Below are positions 8,018 through 17,212 of a DNA stretch of 37,592 nucleotides, piece after piece (the first letter of the stretch is position 1; the number at the start of each line of letters is the position of its first letter). A model generated the notes under the pieces. It did not search any database, was not told where the DNA came from, and was given only the letters and a program-made list of their open reading frames with translations. The position numbers and the translations under genes were made by a program. Origin of the DNA: Methanobacteriota archaeon (GTDB taxonomy: Archaea > JAADCQ01 > Methanopyri > Methanopyrales > Methanopyraceae); contig JAMOPY010000033.1 of the NCBI GenBank assembly GCA_027064305.1, positions 1 to 37,592 of the forward strand. Direction: 5' to 3'.

Positions 8018-9586
8018 ATGGCGAAGATTCTGGTGACGGATCCGATCCACGAGGACGCGCTGAGGAGGCTGGAGGAGCTGGGTGAGGTGGTGGTGCTGGA
8101 GGACGCGGACGAGGAGGAGCTCCGGAGGCACGTGCGGGACGCGGACGCGTGGGTGGTGCGGAGCGGGACGCGGGTGACGCGGGAGCTGATCGAGGAGGCG
8201 GAGAACCTGAAGGTGATCGCGCGGGCGGGGGTGGGCGTGGACAACATCGACGTGGAGGCGGCGACGGAGCGCGGGATCATCGTGGTGAACGCGCCGGAGT
8301 CGAGCTCGATCTCGGTGGCGGAGCACACGATGGGGTTGATGCTGGCGCTGGCGCGGAGGATCCCGCAGGCGGATCGGTCGGTGCGTCGGGGTGAGTGGGA
8401 GCGGCAGCGGTTCATGGGGGTGGAGTTGGCGGGGAAGGTGCTGGGGATCATCGGGCTGGGTCGGATCGGGCGGCAGGTGGCGAAGCGGGCGAGGGCGTTC
8501 GAGATGGAGGTGATCGCGTTCGATCCGTACATCTCGGAGGAGGTGGCGGAGGAGCTGGGCGTGGAGCTGGTGGAGGATCTGGACGAGCTGCTGCGGCGGG
8601 CGGACGTGGTCACGATTCACGTGCCGTTGACGGAGGAGACGCGGGGGATGATCGGGGAGCGGGAGCTGAAGCTGATGAAGGAGTCGGCGTTCCTGATCAA
8701 CTGCGCGCGGGGTGAGGTGGTGGACGAGGAGGCGCTGGTCAGGGCGCTGAAGGAGGGGTGGATCGCGGGCGCGGCGCTGGACGTGTTCGCGGAGGAGCCG
8801 CCGGGGGAGGATCACCCGCTGTACGAGCTGGACAACGTGGTGCTCACGCCGCACATCGGGGGGTCGACGAGCGAGGCGCAGCGGGCGGCGGGGCTGATCG
8901 TGGCGCGGGAGATCGAGCGGGTGTTGAAGGGGGAGATCCCGGAGAACGTGGTGAACCTGCCGGTGGCGGGGGTGTCGGAGGCGACGCGGCGGTTGATGGA
9001 GGTGGGGGAGCGGTTGGCGGACGTGGGCGCGCAGCTGTTGGAGGGTAGGCTGCGGTCGGTCGTGGTGAAGGTGGGGGACGAGCCGGGCGAGCGGGAGCGG
9101 GAGGCGCTGAAGCGGTCGGTGTTGAAGGGGTGCCTGGATCGGATCCTGCAGGAGCCGGTGACGATGGTGAACGCGGTGCGGGTGGCGGAGGATCGGGGGA
9201 TCGAGGTCGAGTTCGCGGTCTCGGACGAGCTGGAGTCGGGGGAGCTGGCCGTCTCGCTGCGGTCGGAGGGGGAGGAGGTGTCGCTGCGGGGCGCGTGGTT
9301 GGACGGGCAGGTCTACCTGACGTCGGTGAACGGGTACGAGCTGCGGTTCAAGCTGAGCGGGCCGACGCTGTTCGTCTGGCACGTGGACCGTCCCGGGGTG
9401 GTCGGTGAGGTGGGGCTGATCCTGGGCGAGCACGGGGTGAACATCGCGGCGATGGAGGTGGGCCGTCGGGAGCGGGGTGGGGAGGCGATCATGGTGATCC
9501 GGACGGACGAGGAGCCGCCGGAGGAGTGCCTGCGGGCGATCGGGGAGGTGGAGCAGGTGCGGCGGGTGAGGCTGGTGCTGTGCTGA
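8018..9586 (+). CDS. serA: D-3-phosphoglycerate dehydrogenase
   Basis: [38 protein letters not shown] and a C-terminal ACT domain (DRPGVVG...NIAAM); start at ATG 8018. Confidence 0.95.
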   Translation: MAKILVTDPIHEDALRRLEELGEVVVLEDADEEELRRHVRDADAWVVRSGTRVTRELIEEAENLKVIARAGVGVDNIDVEAATERGIIVVNAPESSSISVAEHTMGLMLALARRIPQADRSVRRGEWERQRFMGVELAGKVLGIIGLGRIGRQVAKRARAFEMEVIAFDPYISEEVAEELGVELVEDLDELLRRADVVTIHVPLTEETRGMIGERELKLMKESAFLINCARGEVVDEEALVRALKEGWIAGAALDVFAEEPPGEDHPLYELDNVVLTPHIGGSTSEAQRAAGLIVAREIERVLKGEIPENVVNLPVAGVSEATRRLMEVGERLADVGAQLLEGRLRSVVVKVGDEPGEREREALKRSVLKGCLDRILQEPVTMVNAVRVAEDRGIEVEFAVSDELESGELAVSLRSEGEEVSLRGAWLDGQVYLTSVNGYELRFKLSGPTLFVWHVDRPGVVGEVGLILGEHGVNIAAMEVGRRERGGEAIMVIRTDEEPPEECLRAIGEVEQVRRVRLVLC

Positions 9587-10014
9587 GGAGCGTGGCGGTG
9601 GCGGGCGACCTGGACGACTTCGGGGAGGTGGTGCGGGAGAAGGGGTGGCCGGAGTACTCTCCCAACCCCGCCACGGGCCTCCTCACGGAGCTGGTGGAGC
9701 GGTTCCTGACCCGGTTCCCGGGCGCGGTGGCCGTCAAGGGGCCGGACCGGGAGCGGGGCACCGAAGAGTTCATCGTCGAGATCCCGGGAGGGGAGGGGCT
9801 CCTGGAGGAGATCGTGGAGGAGTGCGAGCGCATCCGGCGCGAGTTCGAGCGGCGGTTCGAGGGCGAGGTGACGATCAGCATCGGGGTGGGGGTGGCCCCG
9901 GCCCCGCGCCACCGGCTGGTTCCGGAGCGTGAGTCCCCCGCGGTCCGGCGGGCGTTGGAGGCGCTGCGGGAGGCGAAGCGGCGGGGTGGGAACGTCGTGG
10001 TCGTGCGGGGGTGA
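9580..10014 (+). CDS. Stand-alone GGDEF-like (nucleotide cyclase fold) domain protein
   Basis: GDLDDF, GTEEF, VTISIGV and ALREAKRRGGN reproduce the order of GGDEF-domain motifs; GTG 9580 overlaps the serA stop and follows GGTGAGG. Confidence 0.65.
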   Translation: MLRSVAVAGDLDDFGEVVREKGWPEYSPNPATGLLTELVERFLTRFPGAVAVKGPDRERGTEEFIVEIPGGEGLLEEIVEECERIRREFERRFEGEVTISIGVGVAPAPRHRLVPERESPAVRRALEALREAKRRGGNVVVVRG

Positions 10015-10020
10015 GGCGGC

Positions 10021-11391
10021 GTGTCGGGGCGGGCCGGGTCGGGCGGGTTCATGATCACGTGCTACGCGCTGGCGGCGCGGTCGCTGGTGGCGGTGATGCA
10101 GACGCGGTCGTACCCGATTCAGTACGTCCTGCGGCGGGAGCTCTCGGACTACGACGATCGGACCCAGTCCGTGACCCGGAGCCTCGTGTACGAGACGCTG
10201 CGCCGGTACGGCACGCTGGAGCGGGTGGTGGAGGACGTCGCGCGGAGCCGGCTGCCCCCGCTGGAGCGGGCCCTGGTGATGATCGCGGCGAACGCGATCC
10301 TGTACGAGGGGGAGCACCCGGCCCCGGTCACGGACTGCGCTGCCCGGGCGGCGAAGCGGCTGGGCGTGAACCACCGGCGAGTGCACGGGGTGGTCGCGGA
10401 CCTGGAGGACTACGAGGGGCCGGAGCCGGAGGACGAGGTGGACCGGCTCTGCCTGGAGTACCATCACCCGCGCTGGTTCGTGGAGCGGTTCGAGCCGCTG
10501 CTGGGTCGGGACGAGCTGAAGCGGCTGATGGAGGCGCACAACCGGCCCCCGGACTACTACACGTTCCGCGTGAACACGGCGGCGGCGGACGTGGACGAGG
10601 TCATCGGGGAGTTCGAGGAGCACGGGTTCGAGGTCGAGCGCGGCCGGTACGTGGAGTACTGCGTGCGGGTGCGGAAGGGGCGGCCGCTCCGGCTCGAGGA
10701 GCTCGAGTGCTGGAGGAAGGGATGGATCGTCCCGCAGGACGAGGCGGCCGCGCTCGTCACCGAGGTGCTGGACCCGCAGCCGGGGGAGCGGATCGCGGAC
10801 CTGTGCGCGGCCCCGGGCGGGAAGACCACGCACATCGCTCAGCTGACGGAGGGCGACGTGGAGATCCTCGCCGTGGACGTGAGCCGCACCCGGCTCCGCC
10901 GGCTGCGGCGGTTCGCCGAGCGGATGGGGTTCGAGGACTGCATCGAGATCCTGCGGGCGGACGTGCGCCGCCTCGGACGGAACCCGCGCTTCGTCGGTAA
11001 GTTCGACCGCGTGCTGCTCGACCCTCCGTGCACGAGCCTCGGCACCCTGCGCACCGACCCGGACGTGAAGTGGAAGATCGGGCCGAGGGAGGTGCGGGAG
11101 CTCGCCGCGAAGCAGCGGCAGCTGATCCGGGCGGCCGCGCGACTGGTCAAGCCCGGGGGCGTGCTCGTGTACTCCACCTGCACGCTCACGCCCGAGGAGA
11201 ACGAGCTCGTCGCCTCCGAGGCGCTCAAGACCGAGCGGCTGCGGGCGGAGGACGTGCGCTCCGAGTTCGACTTCCTCAGCCCGCCCCTCGAGGTGAACGG
11301 CGTCTCCCCGTCCCTAGAGGCCGGCCGCATGTGGCCGCACGTGCACGACACGTCCGGGTTCTTCGTGGCCCGGTTCCGCAAGCTGCGTTAG
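10021..11391 (+). CDS. RsmB/NOL1/NOP2/Sun family RNA m5C methyltransferase with NusB-like N-terminus
   Basis: QDEAA, DLCAAPGGKTTH, LLDPPCT, VYSTCTL, GFFVARF; start could be ATG 10051. Confidence 0.92.
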   Translation: MSGRAGSGGFMITCYALAARSLVAVMQTRSYPIQYVLRRELSDYDDRTQSVTRSLVYETLRRYGTLERVVEDVARSRLPPLERALVMIAANAILYEGEHPAPVTDCAARAAKRLGVNHRRVHGVVADLEDYEGPEPEDEVDRLCLEYHHPRWFVERFEPLLGRDELKRLMEAHNRPPDYYTFRVNTAAADVDEVIGEFEEHGFEVERGRYVEYCVRVRKGRPLRLEELECWRKGWIVPQDEAAALVTEVLDPQPGERIADLCAAPGGKTTHIAQLTEGDVEILAVDVSRTRLRRLRRFAERMGFEDCIEILRADVRRLGRNPRFVGKFDRVLLDPPCTSLGTLRTDPDVKWKIGPREVRELAAKQRQLIRAAARLVKPGGVLVYSTCTLTPEENELVASEALKTERLRAEDVRSEFDFLSPPLEVNGVSPSLEAGRMWPHVHDTSGFFVARFRKLR

Positions 11392-12665
11392 GCGAGTAGC
11401 AGGCCCGCGAGCAGCCCCACCGCCCCCGCCGCGGCCGGCGGGACGAGGTACGGCCACACCCGCCGCACGAGCCCCGGCCCGCCGAACGCGCCGACCCAGA
11501 GCAGCTTCACGAGCCCCGTCTCCAGGGAGGCGAGCGCGATCAGCCGCCCGGCCACGCCCGGGTCGAGCTTCCCCGAGGCCGCCATGTACGCGAGCGTCAG
11601 GCTCATCGCGTGGCTGCTCGCCAGCGATCCCACCACGACGCCCACCACCACCCCGGACCGGCCCGCGAGGAGCTGGGCCACCTTCAGCGCCATGGTGAAC
11701 CCCGAGATCAGCACCGCCAGCTTCACCGCCGGCTTCAGGGACAGGGGCGAGCGGATCCGCCGCCGGAGGATCCCCCACAACCGCTCCTCGTCCACGTCCA
11801 GCCGACCCGCCCCGAGCGCGGCGACCAGGAGGCCGACGAGCGCGGCCGGGACGGCGACGAGCGCGACCCACCGGAGCACCTCCGGGCTCCGGGAGACCAC
11901 GCCCACGTACGCCATGTTGCGGAGCTCGGCCACGGCCGTCGCGGCCGGCACGACCACCGCCACGACCCGGGGCACCTCCCGGAACCGGGACGCCACCGTC
12001 GCCGTCGTGGCCGAGCTGCTCACGAACCCGCCCACCAGGCCCGTGGCCAGGGCCCCGCCCCGCGCCGAGATCCGCATGCCCACGTACCCGATCGCCGTTA
12101 CCGCCAGTACGATCAGCACGATCTCGATCACGCTCCGCAGGTTGAGCACGCCCCACGGGTCCACCGGTCCCGGCGGGCAGAGCGGGTAGACCAGCGCGGC
12201 CAGTGAGAAGACCGTGATCGCGTCCAGCACGTCCCGGTCCGAGAGCCGCCGCAGGATCGGGTGGACCCGGGCCCGGGAGAGCAGCACGACGGCGGTGAGG
12301 ATGGCGAGCGTGGCCCCCTCCTTGAACCGACCCAGCCCCACGAGCCCGCCGGACGCCAGGGTGACCATCAGGGCCAGCGGGGTCACGACCCCGAGCGAGC
12401 GCCGCCGGTACACGCGCATGGCGTAAAGGAGGGTGACCAGGCCGACCGTGCCCGCGAGCACGGCGACCGCCAGCGGCCCCATCCCGACCCGCGCCAGGTA
12501 CGTGGAGAGGCCGCCGAGCAGCCCCGTCAGCGTGAAAGTGCGGAACCCGGCCACCCGGCGGGCCGGCCGCGCGTGCTCCCGCTCCACCCCGATGAGCATG
12601 CCCACCGCGGCGGAGAGGATCACGGTCCGGAGGAAGTCCAGGTAGCCCGAGAGCTCCCAGCCCAC
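11388..12665 (-). CDS. MgtC/SapB-family (DUF4010-type) membrane protein
   Basis: GMLIGVERE, AGFRTF, GGFVSSSATT; many hydrophobic segments. Confidence 0.8.
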   Translation of the reverse strand: MGWELSGYLDFLRTVILSAAVGMLIGVEREHARPARRVAGFRTFTLTGLLGGLSTYLARVGMGPLAVAVLAGTVGLVTLLYAMRVYRRRSLGVVTPLALMVTLASGGLVGLGRFKEGATLAILTAVVLLSRARVHPILRRLSDRDVLDAITVFSLAALVYPLCPPGPVDPWGVLNLRSVIEIVLIVLAVTAIGYVGMRISARGGALATGLVGGFVSSSATTATVASRFREVPRVVAVVVPAATAVAELRNMAYVGVVSRSPEVLRWVALVAVPAALVGLLVAALGAGRLDVDEERLWGILRRRIRSPLSLKPAVKLAVLISGFTMALKVAQLLAGRSGVVVGVVVGSLASSHAMSLTLAYMAASGKLDPGVAGRLIALASLETGLVKLLWVGAFGGPGLVRRVWPYLVPPAAAGAVGLLAGLLLA

Positions 12666-12693
12666 GGGCCCTCGCCCCGGGGGTGAGTTCCGC

Positions 12694-13275
12694 TTGAGCC
12701 TGGATTACAATCCTTCCCATCTCACGCTGCTGCTCACCGTGGTGGACGATCGGGACGGGGAGGTCCTGGGGGACGCGATCCAGCGGCTCGTGGAGCGGGA
12801 CGAGGTGCTCGCGTGCCACGTCCTGCCGTGCACGACCAAGAAGAACCGGCCCGGGCACGTGCTCCTGGTCCTGGTCGACGGCGGGGACGACCCCGACGGG
12901 ACGGCCGAGCGCGTGGCGCGCGAGATCATGACCCTCACGGGCTCGACGGGCGTCGACCGGTTCGACGCGGACGGCGTCTACTCCGTCCCCTCCCGGTTCG
13001 AGACGGTGGAGGTGCGGTACGGGGACCGGCGCTGGGAGGTGAGCGTGAAGGTCGCCGAGACCCCGGACGGGGAGCCGGTCACGGTCAAGGCGGAGTTCGA
13101 CGAGTGCCGCCGCATCGGCCGGGAGGTGGGGCTGCCGCCGCGCGAGGTCAAGGCCCTCGTCGAGGCGGCCGCCCGCGTCGGGGGCACGGTGGATTTGAAG
13201 CGCCGGGAGATCCGGGTGGACCGGGAAACCGCGGACGCACGCTCCGAAACGCGCCGGCCGGGGGCGCGCCCTTGA
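12694..13275 (+). CDS. LarC C-terminal domain protein (LarC2/DUF111-like)
   Basis: TKKNRPG, TGSTGV, VSVKVA, KAEFDECRRI match the LarC C-terminal half; no N-terminal His-rich half. Confidence 0.75.
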   Translation: MSLDYNPSHLTLLLTVVDDRDGEVLGDAIQRLVERDEVLACHVLPCTTKKNRPGHVLLVLVDGGDDPDGTAERVAREIMTLTGSTGVDRFDADGVYSVPSRFETVEVRYGDRRWEVSVKVAETPDGEPVTVKAEFDECRRIGREVGLPPREVKALVEAAARVGGTVDLKRREIRVDRETADARSETRRPGARP

Positions 13276-13865
13276 CGGTCCTCTCCGACCGGGACATCCG
13301 GCGGGCGCTGGAGACCGGGGAGATCGTGATCGACCCGCTGGACGAGGACTACCTGGAGGAGGCCCTCGGCCCCGCGAGCCTGGACCTGCGCCTGGGGAAC
13401 GAGTTCGTCGTCTTCAAGACCCTGCACAAGCCGTGCATCGACCCGACCAAGGACGCGGGCGAGAACACGGAGCGGATCGTGCTCGACGAGGACGAGGAGT
13501 TCGTGATCAACCCCGGCGAGCTCGTCCTGGGCGTCACCCACGAGTGGATCGAGATCAACTCGCCCGAGATCACCGGCGTCCTCCACGGCCGCTCCTCCCT
13601 CGGCCGGCTCGGCATCCAGGCGCACGTCGAGGCCGGGTACGTGGACCCCGGCTGGCGCGGCCGGCTCACGCTGGAGCTCGTCAACTTCAACCCCATGCCC
13701 GTGAAGCTACGCCCCGGCATGCGGATCGTGCAGATCGTTTTCCACCGGCTTTCCAGCGCGGCCGAGCGGGTGTACCCGGAGTTCAGCGGCAAGTACCACG
13801 GGGACCGACGACCCACCCCCTCCCGGCTGCACCTGGACTTCAAGGATGGGGACCGGCGCCCCTAA
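13272..13865 (+). CDS. dcd: dCTP deaminase
   Basis: LSDRDI, PASLDLRLG, GRSSLGRLG, AGYVDPGWRGRLTLE, RIVQIVF; TTG start overlapping the previous stop. Confidence 0.92.
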   Translation: MTVLSDRDIRRALETGEIVIDPLDEDYLEEALGPASLDLRLGNEFVVFKTLHKPCIDPTKDAGENTERIVLDEDEEFVINPGELVLGVTHEWIEINSPEITGVLHGRSSLGRLGIQAHVEAGYVDPGWRGRLTLELVNFNPMPVKLRPGMRIVQIVFHRLSSAAERVYPEFSGKYHGDRRPTPSRLHLDFKDGDRRP

Positions 13866-13876
13866 AGGCCACCCCA

Positions 13877-13884
13877 TTTATAGT
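13877..13884 (+). promoter_or_regulatory. TATA-like box upstream of the orphan-rgyA run
   Basis: TTTATA element about 30 bp before GTG 13914. Confidence 0.5.
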
Positions 13885-13913
13885 CGGGGACCGGCACGTC
13901 GCCCGGGACCCCC

Positions 13914-14405
13914 GTGGCGTTCCGACAGTACCTGTACCCGGAGTTCCTCCGGCGGGCGTACCGACCCGCCCCCTGGGGACACTGCCGACGCACCGACCGG
14001 TGGTCCTTCGGGCGCCGACTCCTCGACCCCATCCACCCCGACCAGGTGACCCTGCGACCCGTCGAGGTCAGGCTCACCGAGCCGGACGCCCGCCACCCCT
14101 GCCTTCAACGCCGGCTACGCTGCGCGACCCTCCTCTCCGTGCCCTGGAGCGAGGACCACCGCGAGGAGGCCCGGGTCCGAGCCTCCACCCGGATCCCGTG
14201 GCCCCGGGACGCGCGACCCCCGAGGGTCATCCACGTGCCCCCGGGCGGGATCGCGCGGCACCGGCGGTTCAACGTCTCCATGCCTTACCCGCCGAGCAGC
14301 GACCGGGTGTCCCGAAAGGCCCTCTTCGCCCTGTCCCTGACGCTGGAGCTCCTGAGGGAGGGGCGGGGTGACCTTGGCGGAGGTCCGGCTCAGGGTCCGG
14401 GATGA
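13914..14405 (+). CDS. Hypothetical protein (Arg/Pro-rich)
   Basis: Only ORF that fills the gap between dcd and rgyA; TATA upstream; overlaps the rgyA start by 38 bp. Confidence 0.5.
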   Translation: MAFRQYLYPEFLRRAYRPAPWGHCRRTDRWSFGRRLLDPIHPDQVTLRPVEVRLTEPDARHPCLQRRLRCATLLSVPWSEDHREEARVRASTRIPWPRDARPPRVIHVPPGGIARHRRFNVSMPYPPSSDRVSRKALFALSLTLELLREGRGDLGGGPAQGPG

Positions 14406-15444
14406 GTCGCTGGCCCGGCGCACGTTCCGGGCGCTGGAGGGGTGCCCGGCGGAGGTCGTGCGGGTCCGCCGGGAGGAGCGGGAGATCGGGCCCCAACCCC
14501 CCTTCGAGACCGGGACGATGCTCCAGGTCGCGACGCGCCGCCTGCGGCTCTCCTCCGAGCGCGTGATGCGGCTGGCCCAGGACCTCTTCGAGGGCGGGAT
14601 CATCACCTACCACCGGACCGACTCCACCCGGGTCTCGGACGAGGGCAAGCGGGTCGCTCGGGAGTACATCGAGGCGAACCTAGACCCGGACGACTACCAC
14701 CCGCGCACCTGGGAGCCGAGGTCGGAGCACGTGGAGGGCGCGCACGAGTGCATCCGGCCGACCCGCCCGGCCGACCCCGAGGAGCTCCGCACGATGGTCC
14801 GGGAGGGAGCGCTCCAGACCACCGTCACGCTGACGCGCGACCACCTGCGCCTCTACGAGCTCATCTTCCGGCGGTTCATCGCGAGCCAGATGCGGCCGGC
14901 GCGGGTCCTGTACCAGGAGGCCGTACTGCACGTGAAGGTGGACGGCACGCCCGTGGCCGAGCTCGAGCTGGAGGGCGTGGTGGAGGTCCTCGAGCCGGGG
15001 TTCACGAAGGTCCTCACGGAGTACGACCTGCCCGCGTACGGGATCCGCGAGGCGCCCCGGCTGGAGGAGGGGGACGAGCTGGAGATCGGGGAGGTGGAGG
15101 TCCTGGAGCGCCACGAGACGTACCCGTACGACCAGTCGGAGCTCGTGGAGGACATGCGGGAGCGCGGCCTGGGCCGGCCCAGCACCTACGCGCAGATCGT
15201 GGAGAAGCTGTTCCGCCGGGGCTACGTGTACGAGACCCCGCGCCGCCGGTGGATCTTCCCGACCGCGCGCGGGGAGGCCGTGTACGAGTACCTGAGCTCC
15301 CGGTACGAGGAGTTCGTCTCCGAGGAGACCACGAGGCGGCTGGAGGAGCGCATGGACGCCGTGGCGCTGGGCCGCGCGGACTACCAGGAGGAGGTGCACC
15401 GGCTCTACCTGAGGCTGCGGGAGACCGTGGACGTCCTGCCCTGA
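14368..15444 (+). CDS. rgyA: Reverse gyrase subunit A (C-terminal part of the type IA topoisomerase domain)
   Basis: AQDLFEGGIITYHRTDSTRVS (catalytic Tyr), EGAHECIRPTRP, GLGRPSTYA; 358 aa with no Toprim or helicase part, matching the heterodimeric Methanopyrus enzyme. Confidence 0.88.
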   Translation: MTLAEVRLRVRDESLARRTFRALEGCPAEVVRVRREEREIGPQPPFETGTMLQVATRRLRLSSERVMRLAQDLFEGGIITYHRTDSTRVSDEGKRVAREYIEANLDPDDYHPRTWEPRSEHVEGAHECIRPTRPADPEELRTMVREGALQTTVTLTRDHLRLYELIFRRFIASQMRPARVLYQEAVLHVKVDGTPVAELELEGVVEVLEPGFTKVLTEYDLPAYGIREAPRLEEGDELEIGEVEVLERHETYPYDQSELVEDMRERGLGRPSTYAQIVEKLFRRGYVYETPRRRWIFPTARGEAVYEYLSSRYEEFVSEETTRRLEERMDAVALGRADYQEEVHRLYLRLRETVDVLP

Positions 15445-15450
15445 CGGGAG

Positions 15451-15903
15451 GTGAGGGTCATCCAGCCCATCGTGTACTACTTCTCGGAGACCGGTAACAC
15501 GGAGACCGTGGCGAGGGCCATCGCCTCCGCGCTGGGCGCCGACCTGGTCGGTCCCCTCACGGGCCGGGAGCGCGCCGACGCCGACCTGGCCTTCATCGGC
15601 ACCCCCACCCACGGGTTCCGACCCGCGCGCCCCGTACGCGACTTCATCGAACGCAACGACTGGTCCGGCGTGAGCGTGGGACTCTTCTGCACGTACGCCC
15701 TGCACCCCGGCGGCACGCTCCGGTGGATGCGTCGGAGGATCGAGGACCGGGGCGGCCGAGTCCTGGGCGAGCTCGCGGTGAAGGGTGAGCACTCGGCGCT
15801 CCCCCTCCTCGCCCGGGGCCGACCCAACGAGCGCGACCTGCGCCGCGCCCGAAGGTTCGCCCTCAACGTCCTGAGAAGGTTCGAACGGGGTGAGCGCGAT
15901 TGA
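15451..15903 (+). CDS. Flavodoxin-family protein
   Basis: YFSETGNTETVA FMN loop, FIGTPTHG, LFCTY. Confidence 0.85.
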   Translation: MRVIQPIVYYFSETGNTETVARAIASALGADLVGPLTGRERADADLAFIGTPTHGFRPARPVRDFIERNDWSGVSVGLFCTYALHPGGTLRWMRRRIEDRGGRVLGELAVKGEHSALPLLARGRPNERDLRRARRFALNVLRRFERGERD

Positions 15904-16160
15904 ACCGGGAGGACGTGCTCGAGGAGCTCCGGGCGGTTAAGGACCCGCACACCGGGCTCGACATCGTGCAGATGGGCCTGGTGGAGGACGTGGAGGTGGG
16001 GGAGGAAGAGATCCGCGTGACCATCCGACCCACGAACCCGTTCTGCCCCTCCGCGCTGTTCATCGTGGAGGACGTGAAGCGGGTCCTGAAGGACCGGTTC
16101 CCGGACCACGAGATCGACGTTCAACTCGTGGGGCACGTGCTCTCCGATGAGGAAGGGTGA
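15900..16160 (+). CDS. DUF59/SufT-like Fe-S cluster assembly protein
   Basis: VKDPHTGLDIVQMGLV and PTNPFCP. Confidence 0.85.
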   Translation: MNREDVLEELRAVKDPHTGLDIVQMGLVEDVEVGEEEIRVTIRPTNPFCPSALFIVEDVKRVLKDRFPDHEIDVQLVGHVLSDEEG

Positions 16161-17196
16161 GTGCGCCCTCTGCGGCGCCCCGGCCTCCCGATTCCTCCGG
16201 GTCTGCCGCGAGTGCATCCTGAACCGCTGGGACGAGGCGGAGCGGTACGTGCGCGAGGCCCACGCCCGGGCGCGCCGGGAGCTGGGACTGCCCCCGGAGC
16301 CCCCTCGGCGGGGCAAGCGCTGCGGGGCCTGCGTGAACGACTGCCGCATTCCGGAGGGCGGGCGCGGCTTCTGTGGGGTTGTCGTCAACCGGGAGGGAAC
16401 GCTCGTGCGGGAGCACCGGGGCCGGGCCTACCTGGACCCGCACCCCACGAACTGCGTGGGCGCCTGGGTCTGCCCCGGCGCCACGTCCGCGGGCTACCCC
16501 CGGTACACCGACACCAAGGGGCCCGAGCTCGGCCGGTACAACCTCGCCGTCTTCTACGCCGGGTGCAGCCACCACTGCTTTTTCTGCCAGAACCACGAGC
16601 ACTGGGTGGAGGAGGGTCGGCTCGACGCCGAGCGACTCGCGCGCCGGGCGCGGGACGAGGACGTGACCTGCGTCTGCTTCTTCGGCGGGGATCCCACGCC
16701 GCACCACGACCAGGTGCTGGAGTTGGGGGAGCGGTGGGAGGAGCTGGGGGTGCGGGTCTGCCTGGAGACCAACGGCAGCCTGGACCCGAGGATCATGCGG
16801 AGGATCGCGGAAGTCTGCTACGAGTCCGGCGGCGGGTTCAACATGGACGTGAAGGCGTACGACCCGCGGATCTACCGCGCCCTTACGGGCTCGGACCCGG
16901 AGAACACGTTCAAGAACCTGGAGCTGATCGGGGAGGAGTTCCACCGGGATGATCCGCCCATTCTGCGGCCGAGCGTGCTGATCGTGCCCGGGTACGTGAC
17001 GCCCGAGGAGGTGGAAAAGATCGCAGAATTCTTAGCTTCCGTCAACGAAAGTGTACCTTTGAAACTGCTCCAGCACGTGCCTCATTACCACTCTCTGGAC
17101 CTGGGATACACGCCCGTGCGCGTCATGCGGGAGTGCGAGCGGGCCGCCCGGCGTCACCTGGAGCGGGTTGAAGCCTGTATTTACCGGCCCGTGTGA
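16147..17196 (+). CDS. Radical SAM protein (PFL-activase-like)
   Basis: GCSHHCFFCQN, FFGGDP, ETNG, DVKA; N-terminal Cys pairs. Confidence 0.88.
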   Translation: MRKGECALCGAPASRFLRVCRECILNRWDEAERYVREAHARARRELGLPPEPPRRGKRCGACVNDCRIPEGGRGFCGVVVNREGTLVREHRGRAYLDPHPTNCVGAWVCPGATSAGYPRYTDTKGPELGRYNLAVFYAGCSHHCFFCQNHEHWVEEGRLDAERLARRARDEDVTCVCFFGGDPTPHHDQVLELGERWEELGVRVCLETNGSLDPRIMRRIAEVCYESGGGFNMDVKAYDPRIYRALTGSDPENTFKNLELIGEEFHRDDPPILRPSVLIVPGYVTPEEVEKIAEFLASVNESVPLKLLQHVPHYHSLDLGYTPVRVMRECERAARRHLERVEACIYRPV

Positions 17197-17212
17197 CGGG
17201 GGAGGCCCGGTT

